Of a DNA stretch of 64,000 nucleotides, positions 33,843 through 44,560 are shown one piece after another. The DNA is taken from contig CBDESZ010000021.1 in the NCBI GenBank assembly GCA_965242725.1, forward strand, positions 1 through 64,000, in the 5' to 3' direction. Within the stretch, counting starts at the first letter, position 1, and each line of letters opens with the position of its first letter. The notes beneath the pieces were generated by a model. It ran no database searches. It had not been told where the DNA came from and saw nothing but the letters and a program-made list of their open reading frames with translations. The DNA is from Alkalispirochaeta sp. (GTDB lineage Bacteria; Spirochaetota; Spirochaetia; DSM-27196; Alkalispirochaetaceae). Both the position numbers and the translations under genes were made by a program.

Positions 33843-34385
33843 TTACATCCCCCGGGAAAAGGCAAAATTGATGCCCGTCATGAGGCGGGACGCGCTGTTA
33901 ATCCATGTATCGCCGCCGATGAGGAGGTCCTGCTGATACTCCACAAACCAGCTCATGATCGGATGAACCTTGACGCGCATCGCACCTTTCACATAGGGGC
34001 CCATATAAAAACGGAACTCCTCTTCTCCCGTTTCATGGGTATTGATGTTGAAGACGGGCGTCAGACCGGTCCCGAAGAGGAAGGTCACCCGATCCTGGGG
34101 AAAGGTGAAGTTCAGCCCCACATTTGCCGGAAGAACGAGGCGCGGCCTGACCTCACCCGCTTCATCCTTTGCGGTTGTGATATTGAACTCTCCACCGACG
34201 TTCAGTTCCAGACCATCCTGCAACTCATGGAGATATGTCGCCGAAAGGGCGGTAAGATACGTCGTTTCATATCGAAAAAAATTGACGCCGATTCCGGCTG
34301 AAAATGAACTCTGCCCGTAGGCGGTCGCCGTCGATATCATCACAAAAATGACGGCCAGAAGCGTCACTCCCTGCGTGCGTTTCAT
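33843..34385 (-). CDS. Small exported protein, probable outer-membrane beta-barrel
   Basis: SD GGAGG, signal peptide (TAYGQ), alternating hydrophobic strands, MTGINFAF near the C-terminus. Confidence 0.65.
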   Translation of the reverse strand: MKRTQGVTLLAVIFVMISTATAYGQSSFSAGIGVNFFRYETTYLTALSATYLHELQDGLELNVGGEFNITTAKDEAGEVRPRLVLPANVGLNFTFPQDRVTFLFGTGLTPVFNINTHETGEEEFRFYMGPYVKGAMRVKVHPIMSWFVEYQQDLLIGGDTWINSASRLMTGINFAFSRGM

Positions 34386-34462
34386 GTATGTTCCTCCCGT
34401 TGCACGTTCCTGCACATATAGTGTAATTGTCGACAGTATATCCCGGAGCGTTAACGATCTCA

Positions 34463-34498
34463 TTGACGGCGCCGGAACGCATTGGGTACCATGCCGCC
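34463..34498 (+). promoter_or_regulatory. leuS promoter, putative leaderless
   Basis: TTGACG-N18-TACCAT-N6-ATG; no SD. Confidence 0.6.
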
Positions 34499-36970
34499 AT
34501 GAAGAAATACCCCTTTCGCGAAATTGAACAAAAGTGGCAACGCTACTGGAAGGAGAACGGAACCTTCAAGGCGACGGAAGATCCGTCGATACCGAAGGAA
34601 CGGAGACGGTACGTTCTGGACATGTTTCCCTATCCTTCCGCTGCAGGGCTCCATGTCGGACATCCCGAGGGTTACACCGCGACGGATATTTATTGCCGGT
34701 TCCTGCGAATGAAGGGGTACAACGTTCTCCATCCCATGGGGTTCGACAGCTTCGGCCTGCCCGCAGAAAACTACGCCGTCCAGACGGGAACTCATCCAAA
34801 GACGACGACGGAAGCAAATATCGACCGCTTCCGCGAGCAGATACAGAGCCTCGGTTTCAGCTACGACTGGGACCGGGAGGTGAGCACCCATCGGCAAGAT
34901 TACTACAAGTGGACACAGTGGATCTTTCTCAAACTGTGGGAGAAGGGTCTCGCCTACGTCGCCGAGATTCCCATGTGGTATTGCGAAGCCCTCGGCACGG
35001 TACTCGCCAATGAAGAAGTTATTTCCACGCCTGAGGGACCCCGGAGCGAACGGGGGAACCACCCGGTGGAGCGGCGTCCATTGCGTCAGTGGATGCTCAG
35101 GATCACCGAATACGCGGACCGCCTCCTGGACGGACTTGAGACGCTTGACTGGCCGGAATCGATCAAGGCGATGCAGCGGAACTGGATAGGCCGTTCCGAA
35201 GGCGCAAACGTCACTTTCCCCCTTGCGGATCCGGAACGGGCGGAACTGGCTTCGGTCCCGCCGCAGGAGAGACACATAGAGGTGTACACCACCCGCCCGG
35301 ACACGCTCTTCGGGGCGACCTACATGGTCATGGCCCCGGAACACGCCCTTGTTCCCGCGCTGACCACGCCGGAGCAGGCGGCGGCGGTACGGGCATATGT
35401 CGACGCGACGCGCCTGAAAAGCGATCTGGAGCGTACGGAGCTTTCCAAGGAAAAGACGGGAGTCTTTACCGGCTCCTATGCGATCAATCCCGTCAACGGC
35501 GTAAAAATACCGATCTGGATCTCAGACTACATTCTCGCCAGCTACGGGACCGGTGCGATCATGGCGGTACCCGGCCATGATGAGCGGGACTGGGAGTTTG
35601 CCGTCAAATTTGACCTGCCCATCCTCAAGGTAGTAGCCCAAAGCAGGGAAGAAGACCCGACGGAGCCCCTCATCCGAGCGACCCCGGAATACGGGTATTC
35701 CGTGAACAGCGGACAGTTTTCCGGGTTGCCTACCGCGGACGCAAAATCGGCCATTATCGACTGGCTGGAAGAGCGGGGCGACGGCCAGCGGGCAGTCAAC
35801 TACAAGCTCCGGGACTGGATTTTCAGCCGCCAGCGCTACTGGGGAGAGCCGATTCCCCTGGTGGAATGTGACGGCGAGTATTACCCCATACCGTATGATC
35901 AGCTGCCGGTGACGCTGCCTGAGGTTGAAAGTTATAAACCCACGGGAACGGGTGAAAGCCCCCTTGCCACCGTGACGGAGTGGGTGGAATGTCCATGCCC
36001 CGACGGCAGCGGCCGCATTGGACGACGGGAGACCAACACCATGCCCCAATGGGCGGGAAGCTGCTGGTATTATCTGCGCTACCTCGATCCCCGCAACGAA
36101 ACGGAATTTGCCGGCCGCGACAAGATCGACTACTGGATGCCCGTTGACCTCTACGTGGGCGGCGCGGAGCACGCGGTGCTACACCTCCTGTATGCACGGT
36201 TCTGGCATAAGGTGCTCTTTGACATCGGTGTGGTGAATACCGATGAACCCTTCATGAGGCTGGTAAACCAGGGGATGATCCTTGGCGAAAACGGCGTCAA
36301 AATGTCGAAGAGTCTCGGCAACGTCATCAATCCCGACGACATCGTCACGGAATTCGGCGCGGACAGCATGCGCGTCTATGAGATGTTTATGGGACCGCTG
36401 CAACAGGAAAAGCCGTGGTCTACCCAGGGGCTCACCGGCGTATACCGCTTTCTCGATCGGGTGTGGCGCCTCACGGAGCGCCCGGTGACCGACGACCACC
36501 CGGATGAGGAGCTGTTGCGGGTCCTCCACAAGACGATCAGGAAGGTTGGAGCGGACACGGAGAGGCTCACCTTCAATACGGCGATCAGCCAGATGATGAT
36601 TTTCATTAACGAGCTCTACAAGAGGGACAATCTTCCCCGGCTTGTGTGGGAGCCTTTTATTCAGCTCCTCTCGCCCTATGCGCCGCACCTGGCGGAAGAG
36701 CTCTGGGAGATGATCGGCAACACCGCGCCGGTATCGCTTTCTCCCTGGCCCGGGTATGACGAAAAACTCACCGTCGACGATGAAGTTGAGATCGTTGTGC
36801 AGGTCAATGGAAAGATTCGCGCTCGCTTCTCCGCCGCCGCCGGTACGGACCGGGAGGCTCTCCAGGAGACCGCCCTTCAGCTGGAGCGAATACAGGCGTT
36901 GACCGAGGGGAAAAAGCTGGTCAAGGTGATCGCCGTTCCCGATAAACTCGTCAATATCGTGGTGAAGTGA
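34499..36970 (+). CDS. leuS: Leucine--tRNA ligase
   Basis: [14 protein letters not shown] (HIGH), [16 protein letters not shown]. Confidence 0.98.
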   Translation: MKKYPFREIEQKWQRYWKENGTFKATEDPSIPKERRRYVLDMFPYPSAAGLHVGHPEGYTATDIYCRFLRMKGYNVLHPMGFDSFGLPAENYAVQTGTHPKTTTEANIDRFREQIQSLGFSYDWDREVSTHRQDYYKWTQWIFLKLWEKGLAYVAEIPMWYCEALGTVLANEEVISTPEGPRSERGNHPVERRPLRQWMLRITEYADRLLDGLETLDWPESIKAMQRNWIGRSEGANVTFPLADPERAELASVPPQERHIEVYTTRPDTLFGATYMVMAPEHALVPALTTPEQAAAVRAYVDATRLKSDLERTELSKEKTGVFTGSYAINPVNGVKIPIWISDYILASYGTGAIMAVPGHDERDWEFAVKFDLPILKVVAQSREEDPTEPLIRATPEYGYSVNSGQFSGLPTADAKSAIIDWLEERGDGQRAVNYKLRDWIFSRQRYWGEPIPLVECDGEYYPIPYDQLPVTLPEVESYKPTGTGESPLATVTEWVECPCPDGSGRIGRRETNTMPQWAGSCWYYLRYLDPRNETEFAGRDKIDYWMPVDLYVGGAEHAVLHLLYARFWHKVLFDIGVVNTDEPFMRLVNQGMILGENGVKMSKSLGNVINPDDIVTEFGADSMRVYEMFMGPLQQEKPWSTQGLTGVYRFLDRVWRLTERPVTDDHPDEELLRVLHKTIRKVGADTERLTFNTAISQMMIFINELYKRDNLPRLVWEPFIQLLSPYAPHLAEELWEMIGNTAPVSLSPWPGYDEKLTVDDEVEIVVQVNGKIRARFSAAAGTDREALQETALQLERIQALTEGKKLVKVIAVPDKLVNIVVK

Positions 36971-37883
36971 GACCGACGGAAAAGACGTGATACGATCCAT
37001 GACCCTCCTCGTCGCGAGTGAGGGTCATTTTCTGTATGACCCCCTGAACGCGCGGATGGGGACGCCACAGCGAACGGACCTCTCCCGTCGCGACGGGCAC
37101 CGTCCAGAATGTGTAATCTCCCGCCACTACAGGGCGGCATACCGGCGTCCGCTGATCGTCGGTGAACCACGCCGAAGGGCCCGCCGCGGGTTCCGTTGAC
37201 GCCGCTGTTGTCGGTCCGCCTCCGCCGCTTGTCCCGCCTGCCGCCCCTGAGGGTTCCCGCACGACCAATGGATATCTCTCCCTCCGGCGCACGTGATACC
37301 GGCGGAACGCGAGTGATCTCAGACCATTCGCCACGCGATCGGTATCAATCAGCTCCGCTCCGCCTGCAAGCTCCTGGTCGACGGCGTACTGAAGACGCTC
37401 AATATTCACCAGTTCCGGGGCAAGACCGTCCGCAGCCACCTCGAGGATCGCATCCGCGATGAATCCCCGGGGCAGGGACAGGACGCACTCCGTCTCCGGC
37501 GGAAAAACCCATCCGCCATATCCACACAGCTCAGCCTGTATCGATTCTATGCGCGGGACCGCCAGAAAAACGAGGCATTCCGCGCCACCCCGGGCGGGCA
37601 CGATCTCCACCACATGTTCAGTGTCGATCCGGCGACGGGAGAGCACCGATTTCCTCACGCGGCGGCCGTCCCACCACGTGAGCGTCCAGTTGAGGCTGCG
37701 GGGAAAGGTCTTCGTTCCCTCGCCGTACCCCGTTACGGCAGGAAGGGTCACCGTTATTACCGCCGAGGGGTCGAAGAATGCACCCGGTCCGACAACGAGG
37801 GGGCATGCCGTCACAAGCGACACGGCCGCCACAAATCCCAGGAAGGCAGAACACCGGCGGGCACTCAGTAAATTTCGTACCAT
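36951..37883 (-). CDS. Putative lipoprotein of unknown function
   Basis: Lipobox-like SLVTAC after a hydrophobic stretch; fills the gap between leuS and the next gene. Confidence 0.6.
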   Translation of the reverse strand: MVRNLLSARRCSAFLGFVAAVSLVTACPLVVGPGAFFDPSAVITVTLPAVTGYGEGTKTFPRSLNWTLTWWDGRRVRKSVLSRRRIDTEHVVEIVPARGGAECLVFLAVPRIESIQAELCGYGGWVFPPETECVLSLPRGFIADAILEVAADGLAPELVNIERLQYAVDQELAGGAELIDTDRVANGLRSLAFRRYHVRRRERYPLVVREPSGAAGGTSGGGGPTTAASTEPAAGPSAWFTDDQRTPVCRPVVAGDYTFWTVPVATGEVRSLWRPHPRVQGVIQKMTLTRDEEGHGSYHVFSVGLTSPRY

Positions 37884-37941
37884 TTCATCGAAAAAGAGGG
37901 GGAAATATGGCGTCCCGCTTCACCAGAAACGCAATGGGGAA

Positions 37942-37976
37942 GTGACAGAGACGGTCCGGTCAATTACTATGTCCCT
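37942..37976 (+). promoter_or_regulatory. Promoter, putative leaderless
   Basis: GTGACA-N17-TACTAT-N6-ATG(37977); no SD. Confidence 0.6.
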
Positions 37977-39392
37977 ATGGCCGACTTAGATGAGTTCACC
38001 GCCCAACTGGAGGGGGCAATTACCGCGCGGGGGGAGTATATTCAATCGCAGGTGTACCCGCAGCTGAAAGAGCATTTTCGCACCATGCGATCCAGTTTTG
38101 AGGCGATTTACAACACGTTGAAAAAGAAAGGACTCATCGCCGATGATCCCTACCGCTATGAAGAACGTGTTTCCGCGCTCGATGTTCCCTCGGACGCCCC
38201 GTACCTGGACAGCGAGAAGGACAAGGAGCTCAGCAATCGTCTGAACCAGTATCATATCCGTCTGGAGTACCTCACGGAGTACTATGACTTCTCGTCGAAC
38301 AGTCTGACACTCAAGGAGCTGAAAGAGCTCGTCAAGTTTGTGAAGTACATCAATTGGCGCAATTTTTCGGAAACCGCCACCCAGCCGACGACGAGAGGGC
38401 TGGCGGAGCAGGTTCTCAAGGTGAAGCGGGGATCCGACCAGCTGTCCATAAACATTGTGAAGGACTCCCAGGAGCAGCTCAACAGGGCCAGCGGCACACT
38501 GCAGAAGCTCCTGAAAGAGATCACCACCTATTATCGGGAGTGGTACAAGTTCCAGATTCGGGTTTTTATCCTCGGTCGCTACGACGTTCCGGAGGCGCCG
38601 GACAGCAGCGGATACGACGCCGCTGCGCGCGCCGTCAAGGCGGCGCTCCCCAAAGCGCTGCCGGGACAACCCTACGCCCGGGACCTGGTGCTTGAGATTT
38701 TTTCCGAGAACGATCCCGTCGATGGGGCGGCGTCGCGGGAGACCCTGCTGGACGTTCTCGCCGTCCCGGATACCGGCGAGACGAAGAAAAAAGGTCCCGA
38801 CCTCAAACCGCTCCTCCTCGACGCTACGCGGTCCCTCGCCGCATGCAGCAGGTCCCTTGATGAGGCGGCACAGAAAATGGAAGACAACGCCCTCGTCCTT
38901 GAGAGCCGGAAACTGAGCTTCCGGGAAATGCTCCGCCGCATTTGGGATTATATGCGCGGGCGGGAACAGGACACCCACGTATACCTCGTCGACTACCTTG
39001 ATGAATCAACAAACACCCGCAAGACCGACGAAATTTCGTTTGAGCCCTTTATCGCAACGGTACGGAAACGGGCCCGCATCTATGCGGGTATACTGAGCAA
39101 AGGCGGCCAGCCATGGCGCAAGCTGCAGAACTCATCGGAAGACGCGGTCCTGAATTTCCTGCGCAAGGATATTCAGGAGATCACCGTCATGGTGCGTCGC
39201 TTTGAGTCACTGGACACGTTCTTTCGTGCCGAGGTTCCCCGGGACCAGCGATCCCAGCTGCGGGGTATCAACGTTGAGGTCATGACCATAAAGGACAATA
39301 TCGTCCGGACCCGCAAGAAGACGCAGCAATACGTTGCAAAGACTGAAGAGATACAGCAATTGCGCAAACTCGGCATTGAGGACGTGCAGTAG
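37977..39392 (+). CDS. Helical/coiled-coil cytoplasmic hypothetical protein, 471 aa
   Basis: Long ORF with strong coding bias and charged helical composition; no recognised motif. Confidence 0.85.
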   Translation: MADLDEFTAQLEGAITARGEYIQSQVYPQLKEHFRTMRSSFEAIYNTLKKKGLIADDPYRYEERVSALDVPSDAPYLDSEKDKELSNRLNQYHIRLEYLTEYYDFSSNSLTLKELKELVKFVKYINWRNFSETATQPTTRGLAEQVLKVKRGSDQLSINIVKDSQEQLNRASGTLQKLLKEITTYYREWYKFQIRVFILGRYDVPEAPDSSGYDAAARAVKAALPKALPGQPYARDLVLEIFSENDPVDGAASRETLLDVLAVPDTGETKKKGPDLKPLLLDATRSLAACSRSLDEAAQKMEDNALVLESRKLSFREMLRRIWDYMRGREQDTHVYLVDYLDESTNTRKTDEISFEPFIATVRKRARIYAGILSKGGQPWRKLQNSSEDAVLNFLRKDIQEITVMVRRFESLDTFFRAEVPRDQRSQLRGINVEVMTIKDNIVRTRKKTQQYVAKTEEIQQLRKLGIEDVQ

Positions 39393-39409
39393 CGCCCGCC
39401 CGCCCGGAC

Positions 39410-41341
39410 TTACATGCGCGCCGAGCGGTAGCGGCCGAGAATCTGCAAACCCCTGGACACCTTTTCCATCTCCGCCATACCGTCGGAAAACTGCTTTTCC
39501 TCCGCCGGAAGTTCGACATCGACGTAAAACATATACCGCCACGGCTCGCCGTGTATGGGTCGCGATTCAAGCTTTTTCATATTGAGTTCCCGGTCCGCCA
39601 GAATGCGCATACAGTCAAAGAGGGCGCCCGGTGTATCGGGTGTGGAAAAGACGATTGTCGCCATATCGGGATTCTGGGCCTGTGCGTTCTCTTCCCGCGC
39701 CAGGATGGCAAAACGGGTGTAATTCCGCGCATTGGTCTCAATGCTTTCCCGCAGCACCTTCATACCGTAATACGCCGCCGTCCGGGCGTGGGCGATCGCC
39801 GCCAGCGAGTCGTCACCGGCGTCCCGTACCCGCGCAACGGCACCGGCGGTGTCGTAAAAGGGCTGAATCTCCCACTCGGGATGGCGGTCGAGGAAGTCCC
39901 TGCACTGTTCAATTCCCGGTCCCTGGGAAATGACGGTCCTCACGGATTCCATCGTTGCCGTCGGGGTGCCGATGAGACTGTGCTGAATTCTGATTTGCGT
40001 CTCACCGACGATGCGCAGATCGGGGTATTGAAGAAGAAGATCGTAGTTTTCATGGATCGAACCCATCAGGGAGTTCTCCAGCGGGACGATGCCGAAGTCG
40101 GCGTCCCCTGCAAGGACCGTCTCAAAGACGTCGCGAAAATGGCGCCGTGACAGCGCCTCCACGGTACGTTCGTTCAGATCGAAGTAGCGCATCAGAGCGA
40201 TCTCACTGTAGGCGCCGCGAGCGCCCTGAAAGGCGACGCGCAGGGCGTCATCGTCACCACGCGTCGCTTCATGTTCGGAGGTGCGAATGTAGTGGTCCGT
40301 CGGGGCGATACGGTGGCGGTGGGGCAAACGGGCAACCTCCCGGCCGACCACCGGCGACATCGCCTCAATATCCCGCATGAGCTTTTCAAACTGCTCCGGG
40401 TAGAGCGTCTGGGGACCGTCGGAGAGCGCCCGGTCCGGCTCGGGGTGAACCTCCACGATCAGCCCGTCCGCCCCGGCGGCAACGCCGGCAAGACCGACGG
40501 GCAGCACCTTTTCGCGCAGCCCCGTGGCGTGGCTGGGATCGACAAATACGGGGAGGTGGCTCAGCTTTTTCACGACGGGAATTGAGGAAATATCGAGACT
40601 GTTGCGGGTGTAGGTCTCAAAGGTACGGATTCCCCGCTCGCAGAGAATGACGTCCTCCGCCCCGTGGGCCAGAAGGTACTCCGCCGCCATGAGCCACTCT
40701 TCAATCGTCGCCGCAAGGCCGCGTTTCAGCATGACCGGACGGTGCTCCGCACCTACCGTCTTGAGAAGCTCGAAGTTCTGCATATTCCGGGCACCGATCT
40801 GGAAGACGTCCACCAGATCACGCATGACATCGGCCTGGGCGGGAGAGACGATCTCCGATATGACGGGCATGCCGTATTGCTCGCCCGCCTCCTTGAGATA
40901 CTCCAGCCCCTCCCTGCCGAGGCCCTGAAAGGCGTAGGGAGAGGTACGGGGCTTGTACGCGCCGCCCCTGAGCATGACGCCCCCCGAATCTGCGACGATC
41001 TGGGCGGTCTCCATGATCTGGCTGCGGCTCTCAACGGCGCAGGGGCCCGCTATGACCACCAGTCGATTGCCGCCGACCTTGACGGGGCCGACCTGAAAAA
41101 CCGAATCATCCCGTTTGAACTCACGGGAGGCAAGCTTGTATGGCTTGGTGATGGGGACGACTTTGGCAACGCCGGGCTGCATTTCCACTTCCCGGATATC
41201 GATCTGAACGTTGCCGACGGCACCGAAAATCGTTTCCGCCGCGCCGACGACCTCTCTGACGGTAAAACCGTGGTTCTGCAGGAAGTTGCGCAGACCTTCT
41301 TTGTCCCGCTCTGAAATACCCTGCTCAAGTACTACTACCAT
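39410..41341 (-). CDS. aroF-pheA: Fused DAHP synthase (type I-beta) and prephenate dehydratase with ACT domain
   Basis: IAGPCAVES, RGGAYKPRTSPY, QIGARNMQNF, DPSHATG; then VAFQGARGAYSE, PLENS, NYTRF, KLESRP. Confidence 0.92.
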   Translation of the reverse strand: MVVVLEQGISERDKEGLRNFLQNHGFTVREVVGAAETIFGAVGNVQIDIREVEMQPGVAKVVPITKPYKLASREFKRDDSVFQVGPVKVGGNRLVVIAGPCAVESRSQIMETAQIVADSGGVMLRGGAYKPRTSPYAFQGLGREGLEYLKEAGEQYGMPVISEIVSPAQADVMRDLVDVFQIGARNMQNFELLKTVGAEHRPVMLKRGLAATIEEWLMAAEYLLAHGAEDVILCERGIRTFETYTRNSLDISSIPVVKKLSHLPVFVDPSHATGLREKVLPVGLAGVAAGADGLIVEVHPEPDRALSDGPQTLYPEQFEKLMRDIEAMSPVVGREVARLPHRHRIAPTDHYIRTSEHEATRGDDDALRVAFQGARGAYSEIALMRYFDLNERTVEALSRRHFRDVFETVLAGDADFGIVPLENSLMGSIHENYDLLLQYPDLRIVGETQIRIQHSLIGTPTATMESVRTVISQGPGIEQCRDFLDRHPEWEIQPFYDTAGAVARVRDAGDDSLAAIAHARTAAYYGMKVLRESIETNARNYTRFAILAREENAQAQNPDMATIVFSTPDTPGALFDCMRILADRELNMKKLESRPIHGEPWRYMFYVDVELPAEEKQFSDGMAEMEKVSRGLQILGRYRSARM

Positions 41342-41356
41342 TGGAGTACTCTACCA
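41342..41356 (-). promoter_or_regulatory. Extended -10 (TG-G-TAGAGT) 6 nt before the aroF-pheA ATG
   Basis: Fills the whole 15-bp intergenic gap; no SD. Confidence 0.5.
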
Positions 41357-42043
41357 TCAGGCGTTACGGATAGGGAACTCGGCGGTCATATATTGGCGAA
41401 ACTCACGTTCCAGGGATGACCGGAACTCTTTCATTCGTTCCACATAGATCAGGGTGGACCGCGGTGTCCGTCCCGCCCGCACCCGCGTGAGGCCGGCGTT
41501 ATAGACCGCCACCGCCTCCCACTCACTGTCGGTGTGGGTAAGGCACCATGTGAGATACTGAATTCCGTGGTAGGTATTGGTGTCGGGGTGGAAGAAATCC
41601 TCTTCCCGCAGCGTCACAAAGGTACGCGAGTTGAGCTGAAAGAGGCCGCGATCAACCGACGATGCGTTCCTGTTGACCGCCGCCGGTACATACCTGCTTT
41701 CCACCCAGGCGAGTGAAAAAACGAGGGAGAGGGAAATATCGGCCCTGTCGGCATGGTAGAGGATGGGCAGGGCGATTTCCGGCGAGCCGGTGAGATCGAT
41801 AAAAAAGTCAACGACCGCATCGTGGGTGAGATCCTCCCGATAGAGCGCCAGCATCGGTTTTTCACCCTCCAGGAGGTTGAGGACATTGGCATAGGACTCG
41901 GGATCATCGGTATCCATCGTCGCCGGCTCCCACGAAAAATTGAATCGCGGAACCGCCGATTCCTCTACTTCGGTAACTGCTACCGTTGTGCTACAACCAA
42001 GGACGGCACCTGCCGCCAGTAAAACGAGAACTTTATTGAGCAT
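41357..42043 (-). CDS. Lytic transglycosylase (SLT domain) lipoprotein
   Basis: Lipobox AVLGC; WVESRY (catalytic Glu), GLFQLN, AVYNAG. Confidence 0.88.
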   Translation of the reverse strand: MLNKVLVLLAAGAVLGCSTTVAVTEVEESAVPRFNFSWEPATMDTDDPESYANVLNLLEGEKPMLALYREDLTHDAVVDFFIDLTGSPEIALPILYHADRADISLSLVFSLAWVESRYVPAAVNRNASSVDRGLFQLNSRTFVTLREEDFFHPDTNTYHGIQYLTWCLTHTDSEWEAVAVYNAGLTRVRAGRTPRSTLIYVERMKEFRSSLEREFRQYMTAEFPIRNA

Positions 42044-42842
42044 TGTGATGTACGCCTCTCTCTTGAGTACGAACGATCACCGCATGGCCGTTGAGGTTCC
42101 CGATCACAACTCCGTCGGTACGTGACCTCAACTCGTGAATCAGGGCGGTTACACCCTCGCAGCCGTAAAAACCGTAGTCGTCAAAAACAATAATTCCCCC
42201 CGGGGGAATGCGAGGCCACACCCACTCAAAAACATCCTTTGCCGACTGATACACGTCCACGTCGATATGGCAAAAGACAAACTTCCGATTTGCAATGCGA
42301 TGCGCCGTATCTTCGGGGAAGACCCCCTCCAACAATTTGAAATTTTGCAGTGCCAGACTATGAAGAAATGCCCCCACACTGTCAAGGCTCGTATCGGCGT
42401 GCTCACCTCCCCGATAATAGGGGTCCCGCTCCCCCGCCTTGGCGACTCCTGAAAAGGTATCCGCCAGAAAGAGGGTCCGTCTGCCCGGAGGCGCGGAATC
42501 GGTCGCACCGTCCGCATCATCCGTGTTCGCGGTATCCCCCGCCTCCACCGCGCCGTCGGAGACCGCGGCGTCCGTGACCGCGGCGTCGCGCAGACCCATG
42601 AGAGCGGCACTCCCGCCGCGCCACACACCGACCTCAAGAATGTCGCCGTCCAGGTGGGCAACCTGGGCAATCAGCTCCCAGAGTTCATAGAGCCGGGACT
42701 GGTCAAGGAGTGTATTGTTCCGAATCCGGTCCCATACCCGCAAAAACTCCATATCTCCCGTCCACGGCCGATAGTCCGCCGCAGGGGGCCAGAACCCGTA
42801 TCCCGGTGGAAAAACTCTGATCGGCAGGGTCTCGGAATCCAT
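42033..42842 (-). CDS. TylF/MycF family O-methyltransferase
   Basis: GDILEVGVWRGGS, LADTFSG, HIDVDVYQS, GGIIVFDDYG. Confidence 0.9.
   Translation of the reverse strand: MDSETLPIRVFPPGYGFWPPAADYRPWTGDMEFLRVWDRIRNNTLLDQSRLYELWELIAQVAHLDGDILEVGVWRGGSAALMGLRDAAVTDAAVSDGAVEAGDTANTDDADGATDSAPPGRRTLFLADTFSGVAKAGERDPYYRGGEHADTSLDSVGAFLHSLALQNFKLLEGVFPEDTAHRIANRKFVFCHIDVDVYQSAKDVFEWVWPRIPPGGIIVFDDYGFYGCEGVTALIHELRSRTDGVVIGNLNGHAVIVRTQERGVHHNAQ
42546..42587. repeat. 15-bp-period tandem repeat (3 degenerate copies) encoding DAAVT-DAAVS-DGAV
   Basis: caccgcgccgtc / gaccgcggcgtc / gaccgcggcgtc at 42546, 42561, 42576. Confidence 0.7.
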
Positions 42843-42917
42843 ATTCCCATTCTACTACGTCCCCGGAACTCGATAACAGCCCTTGTCGCAACGGACGATC
42901 TTCAGTATATCCAAAGA
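42843..42917. promoter_or_regulatory. Bidirectional promoter; both genes appear leaderless
   Basis: Minus: TAGAAT-N6-ATG(42842). Plus: TTGTCG-N17-TATATC-N6-ATG(42918). Confidence 0.55.
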
Positions 42918-44531
42918 ATGAAACGTTCCTGGCGCCTCGTAACATGTATTGTCCTCGCCGTCATTGCCGGAAATGCGGGAGTATTCGCACAGAACGGCGG
43001 AACCGACGGTGGAGGTGATGAGTTCGTTCTCTCCTTCCTCACCGGGGGCATACAGCTCAACCCGATTTACAGCTATACCTCAAGTGAAGCGCAAATCTAC
43101 AGCGGAATCTATGAAGGTCTCGTGGCGTACCATCCATTGACGATGGAGCCCGTTCCCGCCGTCGCCCGGTCCTGGGAGGTCAGCGAAGACGGCCTGACCT
43201 ATACCTTCACCATCCGACCCAATGCGCGCTACTCCGACGGCACGGCGGTGACGGCGGAGGACTTCAGGGAAACGTGGTTTCGCCTCATAGACCCGCAGAG
43301 TGATGCGGCATACAACTTCCTCTTTGACGTCATAGAGGGTGTCCGGGAATATCGCGCGGGAGCGACGGAAGACCGGAACGACGTCGGCATAAGGGCACCC
43401 GATTCCCGGACACTGGTGGTGACCCTCAGAAATCCGGCGACCCACTTTCTTCGCATCCTCTGTCACCACGCCTTTGTCCCGCTCCACCCGCGTCTGCGGG
43501 AAACCGACGACTGGTCCGGCATCGATCCTCTGCCGGTCAACGGACCCTACCGTATCGCCAGCCGGAACGAAGAGGAGCTCGTCCTCACCCGGAACCGCGA
43601 CTACTGGGACCGCCGGAACGTTGAGATTCCGCGCATGCGCGTCCTCTTCACCCAAGAAGACGAGGCTGAAGCGGTGACGGAACGGTTCAACCGGGGACAG
43701 ATAGACTGGGTAACGGGCGGCATGGATCTTGGCAGCGTCCAGTTTCCCCAGACGATCGTCATTCATCCCCTCTTTGCAACGACCTACTACCTCATACGGT
43801 CCGACAGGGAACCCTTTGACGATCCCCGGGTTCGCCGGGCACTGGCGCTCCTGTTGCCGTGGCCGGAAATCAGGAGTGAAGACGTCCAGTTCATCCCTGC
43901 CACCACACTGGTTCCGCAGATCCCCTACTATCCGGAGGTGCAGGGCATCACGGAACCCGCCCCGGAAGAAGCACTTGATCTCCTCAGGGAAGCGGGATAC
44001 ACCCGGGGCGTCCGCATTCCGACTATTGAAATCCACATTCCCCAGGGCGAGGAGTCCGCACGGGTGGCGGGACTCATGAAAGAAGCGTGGGAACGTCACC
44101 TGGAGGTACATGTGGAAATCACGGTGACGCCATACCCGGCGTACTTTGACGTCCTTGGAGAGAGTGACTTCACCGTCGGGACGGTGAGCTGGATCGGTGA
44201 CTTTGCCGACCCCCTCACCTTCCTGCAAATGTGGATCTCAGACAGCAACGTCAACGACGCCGGTTTCTCCGACACCCGATATGACGAGCTCATAGACCGC
44301 TCAATGGTCATTCGCGGCCGGGATCGCTACGAGCTCCTCGGTGAGGCGGAGGAAATACTCCTCCAGAGCGGAACGGTACTTCCCGTCAGCCACTCTCCTT
44401 CCATAAACCTCATCGATCTCAACGCCGTGGAAGGGTGGTACCCCAACCCGCTGGACATTCACCCAATGAAGCACTTCCGCTTTTCAGAGCAGGCTCCCCT
44501 GCCGGGGCTGATTCGGTATCAGGAAAATTAA
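42918..44531 (+). CDS. oppA: Peptide ABC transporter substrate-binding protein (OppA-like), orphan
   Basis: IYEGLV, PAVARSWEVSEDGLTYTFTIR, NGPYRI, PFDDPRVRRAL, WIGDFADP. Confidence 0.9.
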   Translation: MKRSWRLVTCIVLAVIAGNAGVFAQNGGTDGGGDEFVLSFLTGGIQLNPIYSYTSSEAQIYSGIYEGLVAYHPLTMEPVPAVARSWEVSEDGLTYTFTIRPNARYSDGTAVTAEDFRETWFRLIDPQSDAAYNFLFDVIEGVREYRAGATEDRNDVGIRAPDSRTLVVTLRNPATHFLRILCHHAFVPLHPRLRETDDWSGIDPLPVNGPYRIASRNEEELVLTRNRDYWDRRNVEIPRMRVLFTQEDEAEAVTERFNRGQIDWVTGGMDLGSVQFPQTIVIHPLFATTYYLIRSDREPFDDPRVRRALALLLPWPEIRSEDVQFIPATTLVPQIPYYPEVQGITEPAPEEALDLLREAGYTRGVRIPTIEIHIPQGEESARVAGLMKEAWERHLEVHVEITVTPYPAYFDVLGESDFTVGTVSWIGDFADPLTFLQMWISDSNVNDAGFSDTRYDELIDRSMVIRGRDRYELLGEAEEILLQSGTVLPVSHSPSINLIDLNAVEGWYPNPLDIHPMKHFRFSEQAPLPGLIRYQEN

Positions 44532-44560
44532 GATCGAACCTGACGGTCACCGCCGCGCCG

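Noticed and set aside
34386..34498. T-box leader upstream of leuS
   Set aside because: Intergenic region is too short, is shared with a divergent gene, and has no T-box motif.
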